Both the position numbers and the translations under genes were made by a program. Positions 10,027 through 19,233 of a DNA stretch of 64,000 bases are shown piece after piece; position 1 is the first letter of the stretch; each line of letters starts with the position of its first letter. The notes under the pieces were generated by a model. That model was given only the letters and a program-made list of their open reading frames with translations. It was not told where the DNA came from and ran no database searches. The stretch comes from Flavobacteriales bacterium (lineage in GTDB: Bacteria; Bacteroidota; Bacteroidia; Flavobacteriales; UBA7312): positions 7,918 to 71,917 of the forward strand of contig CBFIDX010000004.1 of the NCBI GenBank assembly GCA_965661505.1, in the 5' to 3' direction.

Positions 10027-11219
10027 GAAGCACTGCTTTTACCTGCTAAAAAACCTGTTGTCCAAGCTGCCTGGAAGTTAAAACCTCCTGTTACACCATC
10101 TATGTCCAAAACTTCGCCAGCAAAATACATTCCTGGATGTAACTTACTTTCCATTGTTTGCATATTGATATTTAACAAAGATACACCACCACATGTCACA
10201 AATTCTTCTTTAAAGGTCGTTTTTCCCCTTATATCATATACATCATTCATCAGTATGTTGAGTAATCGATTTTTATTTTTTTTACCCAATTGACTCCAAA
10301 GATGATCAGCCTTGATTTCTATTTTATCCAATAAGTAGAGCCATAATCTAGATGGTAAGTCAAAAGGATTTTTCGCTATTTTTTTTCTGCCCTGCCCTTC
10401 TATAATTTGCAAATAATCTTGCTCGCTTAAATCAGCCCAATTTATTTGTGTTTTAAACTGATAGTCCTGTTTTGCAAGTGTTCTAGCCTCAAAAGCGGAG
10501 GTTTTAAGAATAGCGGGGCCGCTCATTCCCCAATGCGTTATCAATACTGGGCCACTTTGTTTTTGTTTGGCTCCTTGTATTTTTACAGATGCATTTGGTG
10601 CTACTACTCCCATCAATTCTTTAATTGACTCCGAAGGCATATTAAAGGTGAACAAAGAAGGGACTGGGTTTTCTATGGAATAGCCCAAGTCCGCCAGCCA
10701 TTGCAGTCCACCTAACTTAGGGCTTCCGCCAGTGGCTACAATCAGCTTGTCAAAGTATAGCTCTTGATTGTTAATGGATAGCTGAAAGCCTTTTTCTAAA
10801 GGGGTAATTTGAGTAACTAGACTTTGGGTAGCTAGTTGTGCGCCAACCTTTTTCAAAGCCTGAACTAAGCAATCAACAATGGTTTGAGAATCGTTGCTTT
10901 CGGGAAATATACGCTTATCGGCTTCTGTTTTTAAGCTTATTCCGCGCTTGGCAAACCATTCAATAGTGTCTTTGGTGTAAAAGTGTATAAATGATTTTTT
11001 GAGCTGCTTCCCTCCTCTTGGATAGTTTTTACAAAGCTCGGAAATATTGAAGCAGGCATTGCTTACATTGCATCTTCCACCACCAGAGATTTTGACTTTA
11101 CTTAATATTTTGTTTGTTTTTTCGAACAGGGTAACTTCCGCATGAGGCGCTCGTTCCTTAGCGGTAATAGCTGCCATAAAACCGGCTGCTCCTCCACCTA
11201 TTATAGCTATCCTTTTCAT
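10023..11219 (-). CDS. HI0933/YhiN-like NAD(P)/FAD-dependent flavoprotein
   Basis: 398 aa with the dinucleotide fold IAIIGGGAAGFMAA and the motif KISGGGRCN. The C-terminal GEVLDIDGVTGGFNFQ is typical of this family. It overlaps the ABC-F start by 4 nt. Confidence 0.8.
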   Translation of the reverse strand: MKRIAIIGGGAAGFMAAITAKERAPHAEVTLFEKTNKILSKVKISGGGRCNVSNACFNISELCKNYPRGGKQLKKSFIHFYTKDTIEWFAKRGISLKTEADKRIFPESNDSQTIVDCLVQALKKVGAQLATQSLVTQITPLEKGFQLSINNQELYFDKLIVATGGSPKLGGLQWLADLGYSIENPVPSLFTFNMPSESIKELMGVVAPNASVKIQGAKQKQSGPVLITHWGMSGPAILKTSAFEARTLAKQDYQFKTQINWADLSEQDYLQIIEGQGRKKIAKNPFDLPSRLWLYLLDKIEIKADHLWSQLGKKNKNRLLNILMNDVYDIRGKTTFKEEFVTCGGVSLLNINMQTMESKLHPGMYFAGEVLDIDGVTGGFNFQAAWTTGFLAGKSSAS

Positions 11220-11244
11220 TGAGGTAAAGCTATGAAAACTAAAG

Positions 11245-13005
11245 TTATTTTATTTTTCTCATTCGCAGACTTTCAGGAGTGATTTCTAAGTACTCGTCTT
11301 CTGCAATATACTCCATCGACTCTTCAAGAGAAAACTGGATTTTAGGAGCAATTTTCATTGCTTCATCTGATCCAGACTTACGCATGTTAGTTAATTGTTT
11401 TCCTTTTACAAGGTTTACTTCTAAATCATTATCTCTTGAGTGTTCTCCAATCACTTGCCCTTTATAGATTACATCAGCTGGCGCTACAAAAAAGCGACCT
11501 CTATCTTGAAGTCGGTTCAATGCAAAGCCTGTTGCAGGGCCTTGTTCTGATGAGATTAGAGATCCTTTAAGCCGTGAAGGAATATCTCCTTTTATGGGCC
11601 CAAACTCTCTAAATCGATGCGTCATAATGGCTTGGCCTGCTGTAGCTGTTAAGATGTTGTTTCTTAAACCAATCAAACCTCTAGAAGGAACATCAAATTC
11701 TAAATGTTGTAAATCTCCTTTTGGCTCCATCACTAATAAATCTCCCTTACGCTGTGTCACCAATTCAATGGCTTTACCTGAATAGTCTTCTGGTACATCA
11801 ATCACTAAGGTTTCGTATGGCTCACACTTCACTCCCTCAATCTCTTTAAGGATTACTTGTGGTTTTCCTACCTGCAACTCATACCCTTCTCTACGCATTG
11901 TTTCTATAAGTACAGAAAGATGAAGTATTCCTCTACCAAAAACATTGAACTTGTCTTCACTATCGGTTGTATCTACTCTTAATGCTAGATTTTTCTCTGT
12001 TTCTTTAAAGAGTCGATCCCTTAAATGTCGAGAAGTTACAAATTTTCCCTCTTTTCCAAAAAAGGGCGAATTGTTAATGGTAAACAGCATACTCATGGTA
12101 GGTTCATCAACCTTGATTCGTTCTAAAGCCTCAGGCGTTTCTAAATCAGCAATTGTATCACCTATTTCAAAATCTTCGATCCCTACCACGGCACAAATTT
12201 CTCCACTTCTTACTTTTTCAACTTTTGTTTTTCCTAGGCCTTCAAAAACATGTAATTCTTTAATGCGAATCTTTTTTGTACCCTGGGCTTTGCAAAGCAT
12301 ATAATCTTTGTTTACTTCTAAATCGCCACGCATTAATCGGCCAATAGCAATTCGTCCTGTAAAAGCGGAGTAGTCTAATGAGGTAATCTGCATTTGTGGA
12401 GATCCCTCTTTATATGGAGCTTCAGGAATATTTTCTAGTACAGCATCTAAAAGTGGAAACATATTGTTGGTGGGAGCATTAAAATCTGTACTCATCCAGC
12501 CCATCTTTGCTGAGCCAAAAATAGTTTCAAAATCCAACTGTTCTTCGTTAGCTCCTACATTAAACATTAAGTCAAATACATTGTCTTGTGCTAAGTCTGG
12601 TGTACAATTTTCTTTGTCTACCTTATTTACAACAACTATGGGTTTTAAGCCTAGCTCTATTGCTTTGGTCGTTACAAATCGTGTTTGAGGCATGGGACCT
12701 TCAAAAGCATCTACTAGTAATAATACACCATCAGCCATTTTAAGCACGCGTTCTACTTCTCCACCAAAATCTGCGTGACCTGGAGTGTCAATGATATTAA
12801 TCTTGACTCCTTTGTAAATGACAGAAACATTCTTTGAAAGAATAGTAATTCCTCGCTCTCGCTCTAGGTCATTATTGTCAAGAATAAGTTCCTTTGTTTC
12901 TTTTCTTGGGTCTAAGGTTTCACAAGCATAAATAAGTTTGTCAACTAATGTTGTTTTCCCATGGTCAACATGGGCAATAATTGCAATATTTCTAATAGAC
13001 TGCAT
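11245..13005 (-). CDS. typA: Translational GTPase TypA/BipA
   Basis: 586 aa. G motifs are AHVDHGKTT, DTPGH and NKVD. The EF-G-like domains and C-terminal region are characteristic of BipA. Confidence 0.92.
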   Translation of the reverse strand: MQSIRNIAIIAHVDHGKTTLVDKLIYACETLDPRKETKELILDNNDLERERGITILSKNVSVIYKGVKINIIDTPGHADFGGEVERVLKMADGVLLLVDAFEGPMPQTRFVTTKAIELGLKPIVVVNKVDKENCTPDLAQDNVFDLMFNVGANEEQLDFETIFGSAKMGWMSTDFNAPTNNMFPLLDAVLENIPEAPYKEGSPQMQITSLDYSAFTGRIAIGRLMRGDLEVNKDYMLCKAQGTKKIRIKELHVFEGLGKTKVEKVRSGEICAVVGIEDFEIGDTIADLETPEALERIKVDEPTMSMLFTINNSPFFGKEGKFVTSRHLRDRLFKETEKNLALRVDTTDSEDKFNVFGRGILHLSVLIETMRREGYELQVGKPQVILKEIEGVKCEPYETLVIDVPEDYSGKAIELVTQRKGDLLVMEPKGDLQHLEFDVPSRGLIGLRNNILTATAGQAIMTHRFREFGPIKGDIPSRLKGSLISSEQGPATGFALNRLQDRGRFFVAPADVIYKGQVIGEHSRDNDLEVNLVKGKQLTNMRKSGSDEAMKIAPKIQFSLEESMEYIAEDEYLEITPESLRMRKIK

Positions 13006-13026
13006 TTCGAATTTATTAATGGATAA

Positions 13027-14709
13027 TTAAGCGTCTCTATTTACTCGTAGTTCTCTTCCGTCAACATAAATGCCGTTAAAGGAGCTGGCAATGTTTTTTG
13101 ATTGCTTCTTATCAACTTCAAAGAATGCACAGTTTTTTTGAATTTCTATGGTACCGAGTGAGGATCGTTTTATGTTTGCCGTTTCAGAAATAAAATCAAC
13201 TAAGTCTCTTTTACTAACGCCATCCATTTTACCTACATTGATGAAAAAACGAACACCATTCACATCCTTTTTATTACGTTTTTCTCCTCTTCTATTACTT
13301 GAACGATCGTTATCTTTTCTTACTTTTCTTGTATTTTTAGATCTTCTAGCTTCCTCATTGAGGTTTTTAGAGGATGATTTATCAATTCCTAAATTTTGTA
13401 ATTCGATGGTAACTAGTTTTTCAACTAATTCTTCAAAAGACATGCAACCCAATAACATTTGAAGTTCGGTCAAAAGCTTGCCATCAATATTTTTTTGTGA
13501 GGGTGTATCTAAGATTCGTTGTGCCCAACGATAAAGTCTTGTAGCAGCAATGTCATTTCCTGTAGGGATTTCGATCTTATTAAACGTTAACTTTAACTTC
13601 TTCTCTAGTAAATCAAACTTTCGCATATCTCTTGAAGTAAGCAAAGCCAAAGAGATTCCTTTTTTACCTGCTCTTGCTGTTCTGCCGCTCCTGTGGGTGT
13701 AATACGAAGGATCATCTGGTAAGGCGTAATGAACAACGTGCGTTAAATCATTTACGTCAATTCCTCGAGCTGCTACATCTGTTGCAACTAAAACTTGTAA
13801 ACTATGGTTTTTGAATGATTTCATTACCCTGTCGCGCTGTGCTTGTGACATATCACCATGCAAGGCTTCAGCTTGGTATCTATCTTTCTTTAGTTCATCA
13901 GCAAGTTGTTGTGTTTTGGCTTTTGTTCTGCAAAAGATAACGCCTCGAAAATTTTCCTCTACATCTAGGATACGTTTCATAGCATCGTACTTATTAGAGG
14001 TTTTAACTATGGCATATTGATGTTCAATATTTTCATTTAGTTGTTTACCATCAGAAACTTTTACTTCTGCTGGTTTACTCATATACTCTTTAACTATGGA
14101 GCGTATTTCTGAGGGCATAGTAGCCGAAAAAAGCCAAGTATTTTTACTATTTCCAGTATAGCTTAATATTTTGTCAAGGTCTTCTTTAAAACCCATATTC
14201 AACATTTCATCTGCCTCATCAAGTACTACATATTTAATGGTGCTTAAATCAATGGCTTTTCTTCTAATAAGATCTAACAGTCTTCCTGGAGTAGCTATTA
14301 TAATATGAGGTGTTTTTCTTTTAAGCGCTTTCATTTGCACCATAATAGAAGCCCCACCATATACGGCTTGGGTTTCTATTTTTGAAAGATACTTTGAATA
14401 TTTTTTTAGTTGCTCAGCAATTTGTTGTCCTAGTTCTCTTGTTGGAGCTAGAATTAATGATTGTGTGCCTCTTGCCTGGGGATCTATCCAGTCTAATAGG
14501 GGCAAGCCAAATGCGGCGGTTTTTCCAGTTCCTGTTTGAGCTAGCCCTATAAAATCTTGAGGCTTTTCCTTTAGTAGCGGAATTGCCTGTTCTTGTATGG
14601 GTGAAGGATTTTCAAATCCTAACTCGGGTAAGACGCGAAGGATGGAGTCGGAAAGTCCTAATTCTGAGAATGTTTTCAATTTCACTACTGTTTTAAATTG
14701 CGTTTGCAA
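13027..14709 (-). CDS. DEAD-box ATP-dependent RNA helicase with DbpA/CsdA-type C-terminal RNA-binding domain
   Basis: Motifs AQTGTGKT, DEAD (VLDEADEM), SAT and HRSGRTARAG are present. There is a basic linker and a C-terminal DbpA-like domain. No ATG start is available: candidates are TTG 14709, GTG 14685 and TTG 14679. Confidence 0.9.
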   Translation of the reverse strand: MQTQFKTVVKLKTFSELGLSDSILRVLPELGFENPSPIQEQAIPLLKEKPQDFIGLAQTGTGKTAAFGLPLLDWIDPQARGTQSLILAPTRELGQQIAEQLKKYSKYLSKIETQAVYGGASIMVQMKALKRKTPHIIIATPGRLLDLIRRKAIDLSTIKYVVLDEADEMLNMGFKEDLDKILSYTGNSKNTWLFSATMPSEIRSIVKEYMSKPAEVKVSDGKQLNENIEHQYAIVKTSNKYDAMKRILDVEENFRGVIFCRTKAKTQQLADELKKDRYQAEALHGDMSQAQRDRVMKSFKNHSLQVLVATDVAARGIDVNDLTHVVHYALPDDPSYYTHRSGRTARAGKKGISLALLTSRDMRKFDLLEKKLKLTFNKIEIPTGNDIAATRLYRWAQRILDTPSQKNIDGKLLTELQMLLGCMSFEELVEKLVTIELQNLGIDKSSSKNLNEEARRSKNTRKVRKDNDRSSNRRGEKRNKKDVNGVRFFINVGKMDGVSKRDLVDFISETANIKRSSLGTIEIQKNCAFFEVDKKQSKNIASSFNGIYVDGRELRVNRDA

Positions 14710-14714
14710 AACTA
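14707..14714 (-). promoter_or_regulatory. Candidate -7 box (TAGTTTTG) for the DEAD-box helicase
   Basis: The minus strand reads TAGTTTTG, an exact TAnnTTTG match. It overlaps the ORF-track TTG start, so translation probably begins at 14685 or 14679. Confidence 0.3.
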
Positions 14715-14752
14715 CTCTTTAATATCAGACAACCACCTATAAATCATGATAT

Positions 14753-14781
14753 AAAAAAAAGCCCCTTCAGACTGAAGAGGC
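14753..14781 (-). terminator. Rho-independent terminator of the 66-aa gene
   Basis: The minus strand reads gcctctt-cagtctg-aaggggc followed by eight T. The stem is GC-rich with one G-U pair. Confidence 0.7.
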
Positions 14782-14803
14782 TTCATTTTGAATTTTAACT
14801 GTT

Positions 14804-15004
14804 TTATGCTTTCTTTAAGAAAGGTAGTCCAGTTCTTTCGTTTTCAACAACTTTTTTTCCAGAAGGAACTTCATTTAAAGCAGTATCTCTTTCATCTTTC
14901 GAGAAAAAGTAAATCGTTTGAACACGACCCGTTGATTTTAACGTGACGTCTTTAGAGTTTAAGAAGTAAGTTTGACCTTTGCTGTTCTTGTAAGAAAATG
15001 CCAT
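14804..15004 (-). CDS. Small basic hypothetical protein (66 aa)
   Basis: Clean ATG ORF with its own strong terminator. It has a non-random, beta-rich sequence (MAFSYKNSKGQTYFLNS...). I recognise no family. Confidence 0.5.
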   Translation of the reverse strand: MAFSYKNSKGQTYFLNSKDVTLKSTGRVQTIYFFSKDERDTALNEVPSGKKVVENERTGLPFLKKA

Positions 15005-15465
15005 AATTGTTTTTAGTTTTAATAATGGTTAATAAACTTGTTTTTCTATAATTGAGGTGAAGTTATAAAAAAAATGAAATAAAATCATATGCATACTTGA
15101 AATTTTCTAGAGAAGGATTGTAAAATATGTTTGCTTTAAAGTTATTAACAATTCTATCAAGATTAACTCCTCCTTTTTAGCTTACTACCTTTATTAGATA
15201 TCTGAAGTAGAGAAAACGAACGCAAAAAAACATAAACTCTTAATTAACAGCACTTTGTATTTTTTTTTCTGTTTTAAAAAATGACGAGTATATTCTTTAT
15301 CATGATTAACTATTCTGAAACGAAAATGTGTTTCTAAAGATATTTTTAACAATTTAAAAAAAAGTCCTGGTTTTTGATATAAAATACCATTTAAGGAGCA
15401 AAAACTGCTATTTTTAGGGTCATCAACTGTCTGAAAAGACAGCTTAAAAAGAGATTTTGAACTAA

Positions 15466-16239
15466 CTATTGTTGTATTCGTGTAAAGACATAGTTATTGT
15501 TTTTTGACATATCTTCATTAAAAACGTACCCTTCTTCATTAAATCCTTTTAGGTCGTTAGGGTTTTTAATTTTGTTCTTTAACTGATAAGAGGCCATTAA
15601 ACCCCTTGCTTTTTTTGCAAAAAAACTGATCATTTTATACTCTCCGTTTTTCCAATCTTTAAAAACAGGAGTTATGATTTTGGCTTTAACATCTTTTGGT
15701 TTTACAGCTTTGAAGTATTCGTTCGAGGCTAGGTTTAATAAATATGTTGAGTCACTATCTTTTATATCATTATTTAACCTGTTTGTTAGTTTACTTCCCC
15801 AAAATTCATATAAATTTTTTCCATTTGAATTCTCGAGTGAGGTTCCCATTTCCAATCGATAGGGCTGTATTAAATCAAGTGGTTTTAGGATTCCGTATAG
15901 ACCAGATAATATTCTAAAATGACTCTGTGCATAGTTCAAATCTTCATTCGAAAAACTTTCAATTTTAAGTCCTTTATAAACATCTCCTTTAAAGGCAAAT
16001 GCAGCTTGTTTAGAATTATGTGTATTAAAGGGTAAGTTCCACTCCTTAAAGCGTCTTGAGTTAAGCTCTGCTAAATTAACACTCACATTCATTAACTCAG
16101 AAACTTCATTGGCGTTAAGCGCACTAAGTTGATTAACGAGCACTTGGCTGTCATTCAAAAATGCACATTGAGAAAATCCTATTTCAGACTGCAAAACATC
16201 AAAATCAAGAGATTTTGCTGGGGAAACGATACTTATCAT
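15466..16239 (-). CDS. yaaA: YaaA family peroxide-stress protein (UPF0246/DUF328)
   Basis: The family-typical N-terminus MISIVSPAKSLDF begins at the internal ATG 16239. The ORF-track start at 16317 would add 26 atypical residues and overlap the divergent gene. Confidence 0.8.
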   Translation of the reverse strand: MISIVSPAKSLDFDVLQSEIGFSQCAFLNDSQVLVNQLSALNANEVSELMNVSVNLAELNSRRFKEWNLPFNTHNSKQAAFAFKGDVYKGLKIESFSNEDLNYAQSHFRILSGLYGILKPLDLIQPYRLEMGTSLENSNGKNLYEFWGSKLTNRLNNDIKDSDSTYLLNLASNEYFKAVKPKDVKAKIITPVFKDWKNGEYKMISFFAKKARGLMASYQLKNKIKNPNDLKGFNEEGYVFNEDMSKNNNYVFTRIQQ

Positions 16240-16301
16240 TTTTGTGGCGGTTATATCAAAAAAATCAGCTTCATTTGCTACGTTAAAATTATAAAAACTA
16301 A

Positions 16302-17189
16302 ATGAATAGTCTGACACAAAAAAAGAGTCTTTTAATAATTCATTTAATTGTTATTATTCTAGGCTTAACAGGCGTGCTTGGAAAATTAATTGAAACAAGT
16401 GCAACCATTTTAGTTTGGTATAGAATGATGATTGCCTTCCTTGCCCTTGGTATTTATATACTACTAAAGAGTAAACTTTTATTAATTTCAAAAAAGACCT
16501 TCTTTAAAATAGTAGGAACAGGTGTTGTTGTAGCGGCTCATTGGTTATTTTTCTTTGAAAGTATAAAGGCATCTAATGTTTCTGTGGCTGTAGTTTGTTT
16601 AGCTACTTCATCACTTTTTTCGGCATTAATTGAACCTCTTTTTTTTAAGCGAAAAATCAGTATTTCTGAAGTTGTTTTTGGAGTTATTGTAATTTTAGCT
16701 TTGGCTTTCGCCTTAAAAGCAGATATGAATTACCTCATTGGTTACGTATATGGTGTTATTGCTGCTTTTTTAGCAACATTATTTACCATTTTTAATGCAA
16801 TTCTTATAAAGGAAATAGATGCTCCAAGAATTACTCTCTTTGAGATGCTTGGGGGTTTTTTAGCAATGAGTATCTACATCCTTGTATTTACAGACTATAC
16901 AGCTGTAGATTTTATTATTTCTAAAGAAGATTTAACTTTTTTACTAGCTTTAGGCATTGTTTGCACCTCATTTGCTTTTGTTGTTAGTGTTGAGGTAATG
17001 AAATCACTCTCACCCTATTCTGTGATTATGGCTGTAAATCTTGAACCCATTTACAGCATTGTATTAGCTTTATTATTATTTGGGGAAAGTGAACAAATGA
17101 CGCCTTCCTTTTACATAGGTGCTAGCATCATCATTCTAACAGTATTTTTTGACGGCTACCTCAAAACAAAACAAAAATCTATGCACTAG
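16302..17189 (+). CDS. EamA/DMT superfamily transporter
   Basis: 295 aa with about 10 hydrophobic segments arranged as two EamA-like halves. Confidence 0.75.
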   Translation: MNSLTQKKSLLIIHLIVIILGLTGVLGKLIETSATILVWYRMMIAFLALGIYILLKSKLLLISKKTFFKIVGTGVVVAAHWLFFFESIKASNVSVAVVCLATSSLFSALIEPLFFKRKISISEVVFGVIVILALAFALKADMNYLIGYVYGVIAAFLATLFTIFNAILIKEIDAPRITLFEMLGGFLAMSIYILVFTDYTAVDFIISKEDLTFLLALGIVCTSFAFVVSVEVMKSLSPYSVIMAVNLEPIYSIVLALLLFGESEQMTPSFYIGASIIILTVFFDGYLKTKQKSMH

Positions 17190-17203
17190 CATTGTGCATT
17201 TTT
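17181..17203 (+). terminator. Possible terminator overlapping the EamA stop codon
   Basis: atgcac (17181-17186) pairs with gtgcat (17194-17199) and is followed by tttt. Confidence 0.4.
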
Positions 17204-17216
17204 CGTTATCAGTTTA

Positions 17217-17224
17217 TATTTTTG
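17217..17224 (+). promoter_or_regulatory. -7 promoter box (TATTTTTG)
   Basis: Exact TAnnTTTG match 19 nt upstream of the ATG at 17244. Confidence 0.4.
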
Positions 17225-17243
17225 CGATTCAAATTAAATTAAG

Positions 17244-18698
17244 ATGAAAAAGAATTTTTTACTATCGGTTTTTATCACATTAACACTTTCTTTATTTGCT
17301 CAAACAGGGCATAAGATTGAAGGAACTATTAAAGGAGTTTCTGACACAAGCTGTATTCTTGCCTATTATTTTGGAGATAAGCAATATGCAAAAGACACAG
17401 CTGTAATTGATGCAAATGGTTCTTTTAAGTTCGAGGGTGAGAAAGCATTAAAAGGTGGAATATATATGATTGTATTTCCAGAAGGAAAGTATGCTGAATT
17501 TATTGTCTCGGAGCAGCATTTTTCTTTTTCCTCTGACATAAACGACCTTGTGGGTTCTATGCAATTGAGTAATACTCAAGAAAATAAAGTGTTCTACGAA
17601 TACATGCAATCACTTGCTAGTAAGCAACAAAAATCAATTGAGTTAAAAGGGAGTATTGAAGCAGCAACAAACGAAAGCGAAAAAAAATTGCATGAAGAAA
17701 AATTACGAAAATTAGGTGAGGAAGTATCCAATTTTCAAGAAACATTTATTCAAAATAATCCAGATGCCTTTTTTAGTAAAGTATTACTTGCAAACAAAGA
17801 AATTGAATTACCAGATGCTCCAACTTTAGCTGATGGAAGAATAGATAGCTCTTTTCAGTTTAGGTATTATAAAAATCATTTTTTTGAATATCTAGACTTT
17901 TCAGATGATAGGTTGCTTAGAACCCCCGTCTTTCATTCTAAAATTAATACTTACTTAGAAAACCTTACTGTTAAACATCCTGATTCAATTATTATCTCAT
18001 GTGATTATTTAGTAAATCAATCCAGAGCCAATAAGGAAGTATTTAAATACATGGTTTCTTATTTAACTTCTAACTATGAAAGGTCAAAAGTGATGGGATT
18101 GGAAAAAGTTTTTGTACACATGGTAAACACCTATTATAAGACAGGTGAAGTAAGTTGGATAGATGAAGCCAGTATGTTTAATATTACCGATAGAGCCGAA
18201 ACAATAGCTCCTTTGTTAATTGGTGAAATCGCTCCCAACCTTCACTTAAGAGATACACTTGATAAAGTGCGTATATTACATCAGTTACAATCGGATTTTA
18301 CGCTAGTCATATTTTACGATCCTGATTGTGGACATTGTAAAAAAGAAATGCCCAAAATTAACGATATGTACAAAGAATGGAAAAGCGATGGTATAGAGGT
18401 ACAAGTATATGCCGTATGTGTTGAGTTAGAAAAGGCTGAATGGTTAAAATTTATCAGAACCTATGACATAGGTGAATGGGTTAATGTAGGTGAGTTTAAA
18501 ACAATTGTGGACGGTGAGTATGTAAGGGAAAATGACCCGTATGTTACTCCCTTCCCTTACATCAAGCAGCTCTATGATATCAACGGTACTCCAAAAATGT
18601 ATGTGCTTGATCGATATAAAAAAATATTAGTAAATGCTATTAAAGGAAACATTGGCATAGATCAAATAAATGATTTGATAAGAAGAAAATCAAAATAA
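17244..18698 (+). CDS. Secreted thioredoxin-fold protein (TlpA/redoxin-like C-terminal domain)
   Basis: 484 aa with a signal peptide. The CxxC active site is in FYDPDCGHCKKEMP. The long N-terminal region resembles DUF4369/DUF5106-type proteins. Confidence 0.65.
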   Translation: MKKNFLLSVFITLTLSLFAQTGHKIEGTIKGVSDTSCILAYYFGDKQYAKDTAVIDANGSFKFEGEKALKGGIYMIVFPEGKYAEFIVSEQHFSFSSDINDLVGSMQLSNTQENKVFYEYMQSLASKQQKSIELKGSIEAATNESEKKLHEEKLRKLGEEVSNFQETFIQNNPDAFFSKVLLANKEIELPDAPTLADGRIDSSFQFRYYKNHFFEYLDFSDDRLLRTPVFHSKINTYLENLTVKHPDSIIISCDYLVNQSRANKEVFKYMVSYLTSNYERSKVMGLEKVFVHMVNTYYKTGEVSWIDEASMFNITDRAETIAPLLIGEIAPNLHLRDTLDKVRILHQLQSDFTLVIFYDPDCGHCKKEMPKINDMYKEWKSDGIEVQVYAVCVELEKAEWLKFIRTYDIGEWVNVGEFKTIVDGEYVRENDPYVTPFPYIKQLYDINGTPKMYVLDRYKKILVNAIKGNIGIDQINDLIRRKSK

Positions 18699-18699
18699 T

Positions 18700-19233
18700 T
18701 TAAAAGAAGTGTACTTCGGTAGCGCCTAAACCATATTTGCTGTAATTTCCGTCATTCACTTCAACATTATACTTTCTTAGTAAGATTCGAACTTCTTCTT
18801 TTAAAACTCCTTCTCCCTTTCCATGGATGATGACTAATGTATGCACCTTATGTTGGATGGCTTTCCTTATCATGTTCTCGCAGTGCCTTAACTGAATTTG
18901 AACAATCTCATAATTACTAAGTAGATTGTGTCTTTCAACTAATTCTTCAATGTGTAAATCAACTTCCCATACAAGCTTGTTCTTTTTTTTATTTTTTTTT
19001 GAAATTTTCTTCTTAACTTTTTCTTCTTTTGATAGGTCTGGGATAAATTTAAATGCTGTCTCAGAGTAGGTTTCATCACTTAAAACAAGAATGCTATCTG
19101 TTGAATAAACTTCTTCAAAGCCATCATCTCTTAGTATTAGAACCTTGGAGTGATTTATGACACCAGTAATCTTCCCACCTCCTATCTCATCCTTAAAAAC
19201 GATTTTTGTGCCAACACAAAATTTATTGTCCAT
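18700..19233 (-). CDS. Smr (MutS2-related) domain protein
   Basis: 177 aa. The C-terminal EVDLHIEEL...LVIIHGKGEGVLKEEV matches the Smr DLHG/HGxG pattern. A Lys-rich linker separates it from the N-terminal domain. Confidence 0.7.
   Translation of the reverse strand: MDNKFCVGTKIVFKDEIGGGKITGVINHSKVLILRDDGFEEVYSTDSILVLSDETYSETAFKFIPDLSKEEKVKKKISKKNKKKNKLVWEVDLHIEELVERHNLLSNYEIVQIQLRHCENMIRKAIQHKVHTLVIIHGKGEGVLKEEVRILLRKYNVEVNDGNYSKYGLGATEVHFF

Noticed and set aside
11279-12688. Four plus-strand ORFs of 62-119 aa (11279-11467, 11594-11785, 11945-12304, 12464-12688) antisense to typA.
   Set aside because: They lie entirely inside a strongly supported gene on the other strand and have Ser/Leu/Phe-rich low-complexity translations. 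They have no promoter or family signal. This is the typical antisense-frame artefact of codon bias.
13148-13462. ORFs of about 100 aa antisense to the DEAD-box helicase (13148-13462), mlaD (30364-30666) and parC (56505-56819).
   Set aside because: The reasoning is the same. They are embedded in well-supported genes, their composition is biased, and they have no independent signals.
15167-15176. Shine-Dalgarno-like AAAGGAGGAG on the minus strand followed by a TTG and a 17-codon ORF in the 461-bp gap.
   Set aside because: The ORF is tiny with a non-ATG start. Bacteroidota generally do not rely on SD sequences. This is most likely chance.
16240-16317. N-terminal extensions in the ORF track for yaaA (to 16317), the GT4 gene (to 45768) and galE (to 46751).
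   Set aside because: The internal ATGs (16239, 45705, 46694) give family-typical N-termini. They also create ATGA stop/start junctions or remove an overlap with the divergent gene. The extensions look spurious.
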